DNA of 64,000 bases from Octopus vulgaris (GCA_951406725.2 OX597838.1:32302001-32366000), one strand, 5' to 3'. Positions 24,730-37,271 are shown, counted from the first letter of the stretch. The notes: generated from the sequence alone by a model not told the origin. Numbers and translations: made by a program.

Positions 24730-24880
24730 AGTTCTGTATTTAAGAGATGAGGAAGAATTATGTACATCGTTTACATTATTTACATTTGACGGATATGGCG
24801 TAGTGGTTAAGAGCGCGGACTACTAACCCCAAAATTCCGAGGTCGATTCCAGGCAGTGACCTGAAAATAATAATAACAAT
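24730..24880 (+). mobile_element. tRNA-headed hammerhead element, partial
   Basis: The inverted 3' end (agttctgtatttaagagatgagg...) is joined to the tRNA-like head tggcgtagtggttaagagcgc. Confidence 0.65.
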
Positions 24881-24974
24881 AGTTGTTGTAGTAGTAGTAG
24901 TACTAATAATAACTCCTTTGGAAATTCACCATCAAACACACACACACATACATACATGCCTACATACATACATA

Positions 24975-25350
24975 CATCATTGTTCGACCGTGGTCGAGAC
25001 AATGGAATTTACTATGTTGCACCAGACTTCACGCTCCATCATAGCATTACGGAGGTCCTGTTGCTGGATGCCTGTATCCCTGGAGATTACATCAGGGTAG
25101 GAGAGTGTGCGCCCTCTGGTATCGCAAGCAGATGGCTTCCAGAGGAGAAGAGTAGAAATTACCTCGTTTTCAGCTCTACAACAATGTCCAGCAAACAGGA
25201 CACTTCTACCTTTCACAAGAGATAATACAGATGGTAGTTTCCCATATATTTGTACTTTGGTTGGATGATGCTTCCACGAGTGATTTGGAGCTCTCATAAG
25301 GAGGCGAGTGTAAGTTCCATCCAACCGCCTCTCAAGCTTATTTGATAACA
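24975..25350 (-). mobile_element. 5'-truncated RTE-clade LINE (third copy)
   Basis: KLERRLDGTYTRLLMRA...LFAGHCCRAENE...AMMEREVW. Confidence 0.85.
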
Positions 25351-25525
25351 TACATACATGCATGCATACATATGTAATAACAATTGGATAATGGTTTATT
25401 CTCTACAGTTGCTTCCAATTGGTGCCATGTGTGTTCCTAAAAACAGCCTTAAGACTCGTAATATACTAAGTCAGGTGCAGTTAATCGGATGTACAACTGG
25501 ATTAATACATACATACATACAAGCA

Positions 25526-25890
25526 GGCGTAGGAGTGGCTGTGTGGTAAGTAGCTTGTTTGCCAACCACATGATTCCGGGTTCAGTCCCACTGAGTGGCA
25601 CCTTGGGCAAGTGTCTTCTACTATAGCCTTTTGAGTGGATTTGGTAGACGGAAACTGAAAGAATATATATATGTATATATGTGTGTGTGTTTGTGTGTCT
25701 GTGTTTGTCCTCCTAACATCGCTTGATAACTGATGGTGGTGTATTTACGTCACCGTAACTTAGCGGTTCGGCAAAAGACTCTGAGAAAATAAGTACTAGG
25801 CTTACAAAGAATAAGTCCTGGGGTCGATTTGCTCGACTAAAGGCGGTGCTCCAGCATGGCCACAGTCAAATGACTGAAACAAGTAAGATT
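25526..25890 (+). mobile_element. SINE family A
   Basis: Complete from head to tail. Confidence 0.85.
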
Positions 25891-26009
25891 AAAAGTGTAT
25901 ACATACATACATTGTATAAAACTCTAGGAAAGAAATATTCAGTCAATCTCCTCGTCTAAAACGTTTCCTACTTCAGACTTGGATTTCCCATTGTTGACTA
26001 GGCCCACCA

Positions 26010-26546
26010 GCGAAAAAAAAATTTTCCCACGAGAGTTCCGGACCGAGTTATGAACTCATTTGCATATACCAATCAGAGCTCAGCTGTCAAACTAATTTAT
26101 GAGCGCATAACAAGTGATGGGCGATAAGATGAGGTCACTTGGGTAAGGAATGACCATGCTTCTTTTCTCTTTTAAGAATGCTTGTTGTTCTTGTTCCAAC
26201 CATGGCTGCCTCTGCGTAATTATTTGTGTTGTTGACTTTCTAAAACAGTAAGGGGAGAGGGTTGCTAGCACATCGCCCTCTACCTACATTTTTCCCATCC
26301 ACATTTTTACCACATGGGGCCCTAACAAAATCCGATAAGTATAGATGCAGACCTTTCAAATTACTTGTCTCTTAAAATAAAGCATAACTTGGCGATCGGT
26401 CGACTTATGACATCGTTCTTCGTCTTGATTTTTCTTGGTAGAGTATGTTTGTTAACTTGACAACAAGGCCAAGGTGAGCTCTGATTGGCTGTATGCAAAT
26501 GAGTTTATTACTGGGGTCCGGAGCTGTCGTGGGGAAAAAAATTCGC
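26010..26546. mobile_element. Old inverted-repeat element with octamer and CCAAT motifs in each arm
   Basis: 26010-26082 and 26475-26546 are diverged reverse complements. Confidence 0.5.
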
Positions 26547-26933
26547 GACCTGTTACAGCATATTCGAATATCACCACGGCTGGAGTCGATGTAAGGGGGA
26601 TAACCCTGTCCCGCCTGCAACAGGGACAATTGATTTTTTTGTTTACAAAACTGACCGTTACGTAATTCTTCGTCTAGTTGTAGAGGTTATGCGCCTCCTG
26701 CCATTTACGTCTGACGTGTCGTATATACTACGAAGCGTTTTATAGGGGCGAAACCAATGTTCACTCTTTGACCAGCCATACCTTTTAACTTCCTAAAAAA
26801 ATAATTTTTGCTCCTCTGCTGAGGGTGCTCCTTTTACAGATATATGAACTACTGACGATATGTGTGTGTGTGTGTGTGTGTATGGATAGTGGATTCAGTA
26901 GACGAAAACTGAAAGAAACGTGTCATATGCATG

Positions 26934-27649
26934 TGTAGGGAATCTTGCATGCATGAAGTGGATTCGATCCACCATAGACACTACTACAGAACTTTTCCCA
27001 CGATGGAACAATGATTTTTTTCTGACCGCAGTTTTACATTTTCCAGATGCCTTTAGCTAGGCCGAAATAATGTCTTCACTACTTGACCCTTTCTAACCTC
27101 TTCTACTTCACCAAAAGCTACAATAGAGATAACAAGACCACCAACTAAATCTATTGTTCTCAATGATATATCTATCCTTCTGGATCTTTATATAAGCAAG
27201 CACACCCCAAGCAAAAATCAGTTCGTCACAGCCGGTGACAACTCAACGAAGTCTGGCTGACCAGCTAGGACCTTGGTCAGAGGAAGAAAGCAACTGTGAG
27301 ACAACACCCTACGATTCTCTCTAGCTCTAATTCTGTTCTTTTACAACATCATTCTATCTCTCTCTCTGTAATTACTACTACTAAACAATGAAGAGGACAC
27401 ATACACAAACTTTACTTCGCATGCTTTTGGATTTATCATAACCTGCTCGTCGAGGCAAGGTATGGTAACGTAACGGTAAATAAATACTTTCTTAAAACTT
27501 CATGCATTGTTCATCTTTCACATCTTACAACATGAAATTATAAGAAAGCATTATCGTCTCAGTTGTTGATTTCGACCCATTATAATATTGTCTACTAATA
27601 AATATTATACAATTGGTGACCCTCAACTTCAACAATTCCAGCCGTTACA
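26934..27649 (+). mobile_element. Solo LTR, probably Gypsy-type
   Basis: TGTA...TACA termini, 4-bp TSD CATG (26930-33, 27650-53), internal TATA-like and AATAAA motifs. It interrupts a SINE A copy. Confidence 0.6.
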
Positions 27650-27885
27650 CATGTATGTATGCATGTGTATGTAGATTTGGGTTTGTTTACGTCCCTATAA
27701 CTTAGCGGTTCGGTAAAAGATGCCGATAGAATAAGTACCAGGCTTTTAAAAAATACTGGGGTCGATTCGTTCGACTAAAAATTCTCCAAGGCGTTGGCCC
27801 AGCATGACTGCCCTCTAATGGCTGAAGCAAGTAAAAGACATAGAAAGGGGAATAACTTTGATAGACTTACTAAAGGTTCTATATC

Positions 27886-28275
27886 CCTATTTCTTTACTA
27901 CCCACAAGGGGCTATACACAGAGAGGACAAACAAGAACAGACAAACGGATTAAGTCGATTATATCGACCCCAGTGTGTAACTGGTACTTAATTTATCGAC
28001 CCCGAAATGATGAAAGGCAAAGTCGACCTCGGCGGAATTTGAACTCAGAATGTAACGGCAGACGAAATACCTATTTCTTTATTACCCACAAGGGGCTAAA
28101 CACAGAGGGGACAAACAAGGACAGACATAGGTATTAAGTCGATTACATCGACTCCAGTGCGTAACTGGTACTTAATTTATCGACCCCGAAAGGATGAAAG
28201 GCAAAGTCGACCTCGGCAGACGAAATACCGCTAAGCATTTCGCCAGGCGTGCTAACGATTCTGCCAGCTCGCCAC
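27886..28275 (-). mobile_element. SINE family B, tandem-dimer form
   Basis: Same dimer junction; small deletion in the second unit. Confidence 0.8.
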
Positions 28276-28289
28276 CCTCCAGGTTCTAT

Positions 28290-28545
28290 ATCCCGTCGCC
28301 CAGTGGCTCGAAAAGCCGAGAAGGGCAAACTGTCAAGGCACTGGCCGCTCTCTGACAGGTTTCTGACCGGGCCTGTGGCAGTGGAGACCTCTGGCGTTTT
28401 CGTCTCCCGGACTGCTCACCGCTATCGGCGCGGTGATGGCTATCCGCAAGTTCAAGGCACCGCGAATCAGAGTGACTTTTCCAGCGCATCTCCTTGCCAT
28501 CCTCCGGGGCAACGCCTTTTGTCTGCTGGAACCATGAAACGGACT
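28290..28545 (+). mobile_element. CRE-like (RLE) LINE 3' fragment, degenerate
   Basis: GC-rich. Reads ARKAEKGK...LSDRFLTGPVAVETSGVF, then a frameshifted QRIS-AILRGNA resembling the CRE-clade C-terminal motif. Confidence 0.55.
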
Positions 28546-28906
28546 GACAAGCCCTTTTTGATTTAATTTAATTAATCAATTAATTTATTTGTTTAGATAT
28601 TTCTTTGCTGTGAGAAAGAGGAAGGATATGATGTCTCAGACAGACTTTCTTGTCCGAAATAAGATGATGCTGGTAACAAGTAATTAAAACAGAATAAGGG
28701 AAGAGACCAAACACTGAACGTTAATTAGGATACAGGATGCGAGTGAGGGGTGACGATCAAGAAGACTGGACGAAATGAGCGTTCGACGTACAACTTTGTT
28801 ACGAAATGAAACAGGGGAAGAAAGAGAGAGAAGATTGATAGAAACGAGACAAAGACCATCTCAAAGAATAGAAATGAAAGGGAGAAATAACGATAAAGGA
28901 TAATAC

Positions 28907-29333
28907 AGTTCTATATTTAAGAGATGAGGAATTTTGCACATTATTTACATTCGACGGCTATTTGTCCTCATCTTGTTTGTTGTTGATACAACGTTTTAGC
29001 TGATATACCCTCCAGCCTTCTTCGGGTGTCGTGGGGAAATTTCGAGCCTGGGTTCTCGCCCACGGGCATATTGCGTAGTGGTTAAGAGCGCGGGCTACTA
29101 ACCCCAAGATTCCGAGTTCGATTCCAAGCAGTGACCTGAACAATAATAATAATAATAAGAAGAAGAAGAAAAATAACATCGAAGACTACCTTAAGAATGA
29201 GGACCCAGGTTCGAAATTTCCCCCAAGACACCTGAAGAAGGCTGGAGGGTATATCAGCCGAAACGTTGTGTTAACAACAAACAAGATAAGGACAAATATC
29301 TGTCGAATGTAAATAATGTAAATAATGTAAATA
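28907..29333 (+). mobile_element. tRNA-headed hammerhead element with inverted 3' segment (best copy)
   Basis: An inverted copy of the 3' part (28907-29057), then a tRNA-like head (29064-29130), (TAA)n, an HHR, and an aatgtaaat tail. Confidence 0.75.
29227..29272 (+). ncRNA. Minimal type I hammerhead ribozyme
   Basis: gacac-CTGAAGA-a-ggctg(gagggtatat)cagcc-GAAA-cg-TT-gtgtt; folded by eye. Confidence 0.75.
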
Positions 29334-29429
29334 AAGGTAAAGGAGATTGGACTGTAGACAGTCGTGGGCAAACTGCGGCCCGCGGGACTTTCTGAATGAC
29401 ACTCCTAATGAAAAATTATCTTTTTTCTT

Positions 29430-29826
29430 TTATCCTTTGCTTGTTGCATTCATTAGACTGTGGCCATACTGGGGCACCGCCTTCAAGAATTTTTAGTCGA
29501 ATGACTCGACCCAGTACTTATTTTCATTACTTGGTACTTATTTTATCGGTCGGTTTTGCCGAAACGCTAGGTTACAGGGACATAAATGCACTGACACCAG
29601 TTGTCAAGCGGTAGTGGGACACACATACACACACGCGTGTGCGTGTGTGTGTGTATGTATGTATATATGACGGGCTTCTTTCAGTTTCCGTCTCCCAAAT
29701 CCGCTCGCGAGGCTTCTGTTTGTCTAAGGCTATAGTAGAATACACTTGCCCAAGGTGCTACGCAGTGGGACTGAACCTAGAACCCATATGGTTGGGGAGC
29801 AAGCAAGCTTCATACCACACGACCAC
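29430..29826 (-). mobile_element. SINE family A, diverged
   Basis: Reverse-complement family A motifs. Confidence 0.75.
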
Positions 29827-30025
29827 TTGAATTCTTTTAGTAATACTACCCCCGTTTCTCGAAAACGTTGCCCATGGCTGATTTAAGACAAGGGACTGGA
29901 GAAAGACATGCAAATGAGCAAATGAAACAGAAGACAAAATAAATCTAAGGAGAGAGAATGAAAGAATGAGAGAATATGTGCTCAGGAATGAAAATGACAA
30001 TAACAGAATTCTTAAAAGAGCTTCC

Positions 30026-30449
30026 GGATCTTTTCGGTTTGAACGGCAGTTTTTTCTAGCGGTGTCATATGAAATTGTCACCCATAATTATGACCCTAGT
30101 ATCGATCTATTGCATTTCAATCTGTTTTAGGGTTAGGGTTAGGGGTGGGGGGAAGGGTATCTTTTTTTTCTTCACAAATGTAAATAAACCCAATCTGTTT
30201 CTTAAACGAGGGGCATATTCTTACGGCACAGAATGTGTTTTTTTTTTACCTCAATAGACGTCAGTGATAGGTTGAAATTGCAGAAATTGAAGAAAAAAAA
30301 CAACAAATATCGTACAAACCATAGAATTTTCTCAATAAAGCCAAGAGAAAAAGATGTTTTATAAACGCATTCTACCAGTATACGAAGTTTAAAATTTTTT
30401 GGTTACCTAGAAATTATGTTAAAAACTGCCGTTCAAACCGAAAAGATCC
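30026..30449. mobile_element. GGATC-family MITE, intact
   Basis: Perfect TIRs ggatcttttcggtttgaacggcagttttt; 8-bp TSD gagcttcc (30018-25, 30450-57); internal ttagggttagggttaggg. Confidence 0.9.
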
Positions 30450-30703
30450 GAGCTTCCCCCACCAACCCACCTCTAACTATTGACGGCATGGGAACCCCTT
30501 TTAAAATTTTTTTTTTCCCCGAGTGACTTGATCTGAGAACGTGTGACGAAACTAGACAATTGCAGCGTGGAAGACATTATTGCCGATAAAGAACACACAA
30601 ATACTGCTAAAATTCAGTTGCATATTTATTATTTGTTATTTAGTGATACACAATTTTCGTCGCACCGAACTACGACCTGGTCACTTATGCTGCAGTGAGG
30701 TCT

Positions 30704-30747
30704 TGTCAGTGACCAAGTCGCTGTCCGTGCGACGAAAAATTTCGACA
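30704..30747 (+). ncRNA. Hammerhead-like motif with G3:C8 core
   Basis: tgtca-GTGACCA-a-gtcgc(tgtccgt)gcgac-GAAA-aatt-TC-gaca. Confidence 0.55.
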
Positions 30748-31239
30748 TTAAATAAGAAATAATAAATGTCTTTTTGAATGGCTAATATGTGTGTAATTCC
30801 ACGCTGCAGTCGTTAGTTAGTTCTAGCATAATTATAATAGAAGAAAGACGGGGGTAACCCTGTTCGGTGAATACGAGCTGAAGAAATAGCAACAGGTATG
30901 ACGTCACAGTTTGTGGCGAGTCTTCAGTGCATAGCAAGGCTTGTGCTGTCGATGTAAGAATATATTCGCACACACAATCATAGATGCAGGAAGACAAACT
31001 AATACACACACACACACCTATGTATGTACGTACGCATGTACGTGTGTGCTTCTGTGCTTCTGTGTGTGTGTAAATACACTCTGCATTACATATGCATATG
31101 TTTGTGTCTGTATGTATAATTACGTACGCAAATACGCACGCAAGCTTCCAAATAGACGATATACACACTCGCATACACATATATACGTAAATACATACAC
31201 ATATATACAGAGACACTGATTTATTATGTGTACTAACGT

Positions 31240-31303
<64 letters not shown>

Positions 31304-31509
31304 AACACGCACATATATATCCATATATATTTGTGGATATATATATATGTATATATTTCGTTTTGGGATTTGGTTTGCAAGATTCTTTATGTGAGTGCGT
31401 GTGTTGAAGCATATACTGTTGTGTCTGGGGAGAGTCATTCTCTTTTTGTGCCTTATAATGTAACACACTCACCGGTAGAATTTCCACTTATTTCTTATTT
31501 TTATTTTCC

Positions 31510-31544
31510 TAAAATTTTCGTTGCGTCTTGCAACCTTTTCAATA
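31510..31544 (-). ncRNA. Hammerhead-like motif with U3:A8 core
   Basis: Minus strand ta-TTGAAAA-g-gttgc(aagac)gcaac-GAAA-at-TT-ta; stem I is only 2 bp. Confidence 0.35.
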
Positions 31545-31550
31545 CTCTTG

Positions 31551-31582
<32 letters not shown>

Positions 31583-32715
31583 CATACACATTGATACACA
31601 ATGCGTGTAAGTGTAAACACAGGCACACATCCATTCATATAAACACACCTGCAAAAAAACAGTCATACAAACAGATACACACAATTATACGTAAATACCC
31701 ACATATGCAGAGCTACATCAATACACACATACACACATACACACTCATTTAAATGTATGCGCATATATACACTCTTATATAGATCCATACATATAGGTTT
31801 TCACATAAATTCAGTCATTGATACGTATATACAGACACATAAACACACACACACGCACGACGCGTGTGTTAATGTGTGTGTATACACATTTATTTATTCT
31901 CGTGTATACATATACTAAAATACACACGGACACAGTTTCATTCATACAGCAGGCGAAGACACCTATACACATATATACACAATCACACACACACATAGAT
32001 ACGATTGTATCAAATACAGATAATTAAAGGTATATAAATACGGACCCAGATTCTCTCACACAAACTTAAAAATACACAAATACAGAACCGCTTTTAAGGT
32101 GCGCGCACACACATACACGTACACATTGGCGCGCACATGCACATAGAGAGGCAGACGCATAGACAAGCGCACACACTCACATCCACCCACATACGTACAC
32201 GCACGCATTCACACAGTGAAGCTGTATACACACGCGCCATTGATGCTGTCGAACCGATGAAAGCGCGTCCGCCGTATTGCTCAACCTGCTAGAAATAGCA
32301 GCGAAATTCTCCTAATAATAATAATAATAATAATAATAATAGCATTGTATTGGGGGCGGGCGGGTGAACACTGTCCGTTGAATTATAACGTCTGAATAGA
32401 ACATATTCTTGGCCTGAATGCCTTTGACCACTCACACACACACACTACATCACACACACACACACAAACACTACATCACACACACACACACATACACACA
32501 CACGCACGCACACAAACACACACACACACACGCACGCACACAAACACACACACTACATCACACACACACTACATCACACACACACACACTACATCACACA
32601 CACACACACGCTACATCTCACACACACACACACACATACACAAACATATGCTTCTTCGGTCTTGATATATTTAATCAAGATAATACTTTACTCTTCGTTA
32701 ATGATAACATAATCC

Positions 32716-32990
32716 GGTACTATTTAAGTAAGAGTGGTCCCGGTGCGCGCACTGGCGTACTCGCGCATCCGTGCTAGCTAGTCGTGACTAGTCGATCCTT
32801 ACTCTGTGTTTTTGTGTTTTATTTACTTTGTTTTAAAAAAATTATTTACTTTAGGCAAAAAAAATAATTTATTTTGTGTTATATTTACTTTACTAGGTAG
32901 TCGTTATAGGATCGACTAGTCACGACTAGCTAGCGCGGATGCGCGAGTACGCGAGTGCGCGCACCGGGACCGCTCTTCTTAAATAGTACC
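32716..32990. mobile_element. MITE with ~68 bp TIRs and 9-bp TSD (Merlin-like)
   Basis: Termini ggtactatttaag / cttaaatagtacc; TSD acataatcc at 32707-15 and 32991-99. Confidence 0.85.
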
Positions 32991-33194
32991 ACATAATCCT
33001 TTCTATTATAGGCGCAAGGCCTGAAATTTGGGGGAAGCAGGTTGTCGATTACATCGACCTCGGGTACTTATTTTATCGACCTGACTGGCGGAATTTGAAC
33101 TCAGAACGTGAAGACGGGCGGATGAAATGCTGCTAAACCTTATGTCTAGCGTCCTAACGATTCTGCCAGCTCGCCGACTTCATTAATGTTAACG

Positions 33195-33325
33195 ATGAGG
33201 TGGTGCCAAAAAGTTCTTGGATCAGTTCTGTAGTGCGCCAACAGACGGCAGCATGCGGTTGCATGCGCAGTTGAGAGCTAGCAGTGACCTTCATGAGACA
33301 GTGTGCCAAATGACATCGCTGGGAT
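33195..33325 (+). mobile_element. Possible mariner-like terminal fragment
   Basis: gaggtggtgccaaaaagttc...gcgccaacagacggcagc resembles mariner 5' ends; no partner TIR seen. Confidence 0.3.
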
Positions 33326-34882
33326 CTTTTCACTTTGACTGGCAGGTTTTTAAAATAATTGATAGGTTTCAAATAAAATACTGTGGGAAAATGTATTTTT
33401 AAAAAAAGTCATTTTAAAAAAGTAATAAGATATATAGGCGTAGGAGTGGCTGTGTGGTAAGTAGCTTGCTTACGAACCACATGGTTCCGGATTCAGTCCC
33501 ACTGCATGGCACCTTGGGCAAGTGTCTTGGTTTAACCCTCCATGATAAACGATATCCTTCACATCCTATCAAACCGAGCATAACTCTTTTCAGGTGTTGT
33601 CCTGATTTGGTGACAAATCTAACATATTTTTTTTGGGGGGGGGGGCTAATTTTTTTTTGTTTTTTCTTGGTATGATTGTAGTGAACTCCCTTTTTTTTAA
33701 TCACTTGTGATGATTCCAGCTGGGAAAAGTTCGGAAGCAATTCAAGTCTTCAGCGACAAACAGAAAGCAACTCTTTGAGTAAGCCGAGAAGCAATCAGGT
33801 GACGAGGGACCCACTGACTGAGTTTAAATTGTAGCAGATTTTAAATTGAATCAACGGATAACTGTGCCGACATCACAGTGAGAACACAGTTGTTTCACAT
33901 GATCGGCCAATTAACCGACCAATCAGCATCAAGCCATCATGTGATTTAACTTTCTAGAACTTTCTAATGAGCTTTATAAAAAGGTGGGTTTTTGGTGGAA
34001 GCTTCACAATACGAGGCAGCTGCTCGTAGAATGTTGATGCAGCTACTATTATGGCTCCATTCTCATTACAGTTACCAGCCGTTGTAGATGGAAGGTACAA
34101 AGTTTGCCCAGTTGCAGTGGGTGCTTTTTACATGCCAGTTAACGAAACATCAACATTGGCCACGACTATGGTTACACTTGGCTTGACAGGTCTTCTCAAG
34201 CATGGAATATTGCCAAAGGTCTCAGTCACTTAAAAAGTACAGAAACATATTGACAGCAAACGAAATGTATCCAGCAGCTGTAAGTGGATTCTTGTTACTG
34301 ATGATGTGCAAAGACGCAGAAATCCTGGTTCAGCAATCCTACCGCTTCTAGAAGCTTTTTGTCTGCTACTGGTATACCGATATACTTTTTGGCACAATAC
34401 ATCTATACAAGATACTTTCTCAAGATGAATATCACAATTTATGGTGTTTTACAGTACATTTGCTTTAAGTATAATATACAGATTGCTGTTCTGAACTAAT
34501 ACTGTTTTCGTCGCTTTTAACAGTTTAGCAATAAAATCAAAACAAGGGCTAGACATCGCTTAGTTAGGTCTGCTCCATGATGGTTAGATATCGCTCAATC
34601 TTGTCTGTTCTGGTTTATTCCCGAAGTAAATTGCTTACCAATATCTTTCACAGATTCTAGTTCTGTTAACAACAAATAAGATTCTTATATAATTAATTGC
34701 TCAACTTGTTAGAAACAGCAGCTGGATGTCCCTCATATCAAACCACATATTAAGCACACGAATACATACACAGACTGGATAATGAGATCCTAGGAGAAAG
34801 GTGTCAAAACCAAGAAGGACGTGATGGTTATGACTGGAGTGTCATAACCATCAGGGTTTTCTCAATCAGGGATGACCTGATG

Positions 34883-34943
34883 CCTACTACTACTACTACT
34901 ACTATTACAATCACCACTATTTCTGCTACTCCTGCTGCTGCTG

Positions 34944-34974
<31 letters not shown>

Positions 34975-35005
34975 AACAATCACCACTACTTCTGCTACTA
35001 CTGCA

Positions 35006-35079
<74 letters not shown>

Positions 35080-35143
35080 AATCACCACTATTTCTGCTAC
35101 TCCTGCTACTACTGCAACTACTACAACAACAACAACAACAGCA

Positions 35144-35201
<58 letters not shown>

Positions 35202-35454
35202 ACAATACTGCTTACGATGACTAGCACCATCACTATTACCATTATTATCACCATCACCTCCACAACCACCACCACCAAAATCATCACCCCCCACCACTCC
35301 ATTACTACTACTGCTGCTGCTGCTGCTGCGCCTCCTCTTACTCCTTCTGCTGATTCTATGATGAACATCACCACCAACACCAACGCCACTGCCACCACCA
35401 CCACCACCACCATCATCACCACCACTATCACCGCCACCGCCCTCATCATCATTG

Positions 35455-35488
<34 letters not shown>

Positions 35489-35758
35489 GCCATCCTTGCC
35501 ACCACCACCACCACCACCACCACCGACACCACCACTATCATTGCCATCATCTTTGTCATCATCATCATTATCATCATCACCATCATCATCATCATCGCCA
35601 TCATCATCATCATCGCCATCCTTGCAACCACCACCACCACCACCACCACCACCACCACCACCACACCACCATTATCAGTCACCAGCAGCTGCACCACCAC
35701 CACCACCACCACCACCACCACCACCAGCAACAGCAGCACCAGCAGCACCACCACCACC

Positions 35759-35790
<32 letters not shown>

Positions 35791-35930
35791 CAACAACAAC
35801 AGCAACTGTCACTGCTGCCAAAAATTATCACCCCATCCAAACCTTACTGTCACTCCCACCCACCCCCGCTACTACTGTTGCTGCTGCTGCTACTACTGCT
35901 GCTGCTATAACTGATACTACTACTACTACT
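34883..35930. repeat. Compound trinucleotide microsatellite (ACT/CCA/CAT/CAA/GCT)
   Basis: Direct reading; it produces homopolymer ORFs in most frames. Confidence 0.9.
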
Positions 35931-36451
35931 GGTTGGAGAGGCTCCTATATAAAAGCCTGCGTGCAAAAATAGCAACAGATGCCATATTTTCCTTCCTCCT
36001 TGCTGCAACCTGTGTTGCTGACACTCAACCGGAGTCTCTTCCTTCGCTGACGATTCCAAGCAGCGAAGCAGCTTTACGACTCCACTGACTCGACTGACTC
36101 TCGTAAAACAGCCACAGAGGTAGCAGCAGCAGCGACAGCGGCGGCGGCGGCGGCGATGGTGGAGGCGGCGGCTGCGGGGCGGCAGTGGTAGCAGGGGCCA
36201 TAAGCAGGAGCATCACCGATGTAGCAACAGTGACAGCAGCAGTGATAGCAGCAGCTTCAACAACAGCAGCAGCACAAGCAGCAGTGTTTGATGCATCAGC
36301 AGCTCCCCAACACATCGCTGTTGTCAGCAGCAGCGACAGCAACACCAACAGCAGCAGCTAGCATTTTATCTTGTCTTTGACTAGAATCCGAATCCCAGCA
36401 TTTCTGATAAAAAAAACAGAAACTATATATACATATATATATATAATATAC

Positions 36452-36520
<69 letters not shown>

Positions 36521-36576
36521 TGTATGTTCGTGTATGTCTGTGTTTTTATATGTATATGCATGTATACATATATATG

Positions 36577-36618
<42 letters not shown>

Positions 36619-36747
36619 TATATTTACATATATATGTATTTATATATATACATATATATAAATACACACACACATCAAATAATTGAGGTGGATAGGAAAA
36701 TTCCAGGCAATCACCTCAGCAACACTTCATGCAAGAATGTGCGTATG

Positions 36748-36785
<38 letters not shown>

Positions 36786-36840
36786 GAGGGTATATAATTA
36801 ATTAGTTATCAAATTGATAACTAATTAATTATATAATTGT

Positions 36841-36886
<46 letters not shown>

Positions 36887-37029
36887 TTATATATATATGT
36901 ATACATGTATATATATGTATATATATATGCATGTGTGTGTGTGTATATACATGTATATGTATGCATGTATGTGTACATATATATATATATTTATATATAT
37001 ATACATATATGTATGTGCATATATATATA

Positions 37030-37074
<45 letters not shown>

Positions 37075-37237
37075 TTGTATGTATGTATGTATGTGGAGGT
37101 CAACTTTACTTTTTATCCTTTCGGGATCAATAAATTAAGTACCAGTTGTTTACTAGGGTTGATCTAATTGACTGCCCCCGCCACACTCGCTCAAAATTTC
37201 GGGCCCTGTGCCTAGAGTAGAAAAGAAGACATTATAC

Positions 37238-37271
<34 letters not shown>

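Noticed and set aside
29064-29130. tRNA gene (also 19824, 24169, 24795, 51030)
   Set aside because: A and B boxes are present, but the acceptor and anticodon stems do not pair properly and each continues into a repeat body, so these are SINE-type heads.
34828-35972. Long ORFs rich in Thr/Pro/His/Ser/Val
   Set aside because: They are open in several frames on both strands because the DNA is trinucleotide microsatellite; no domain or splice support.
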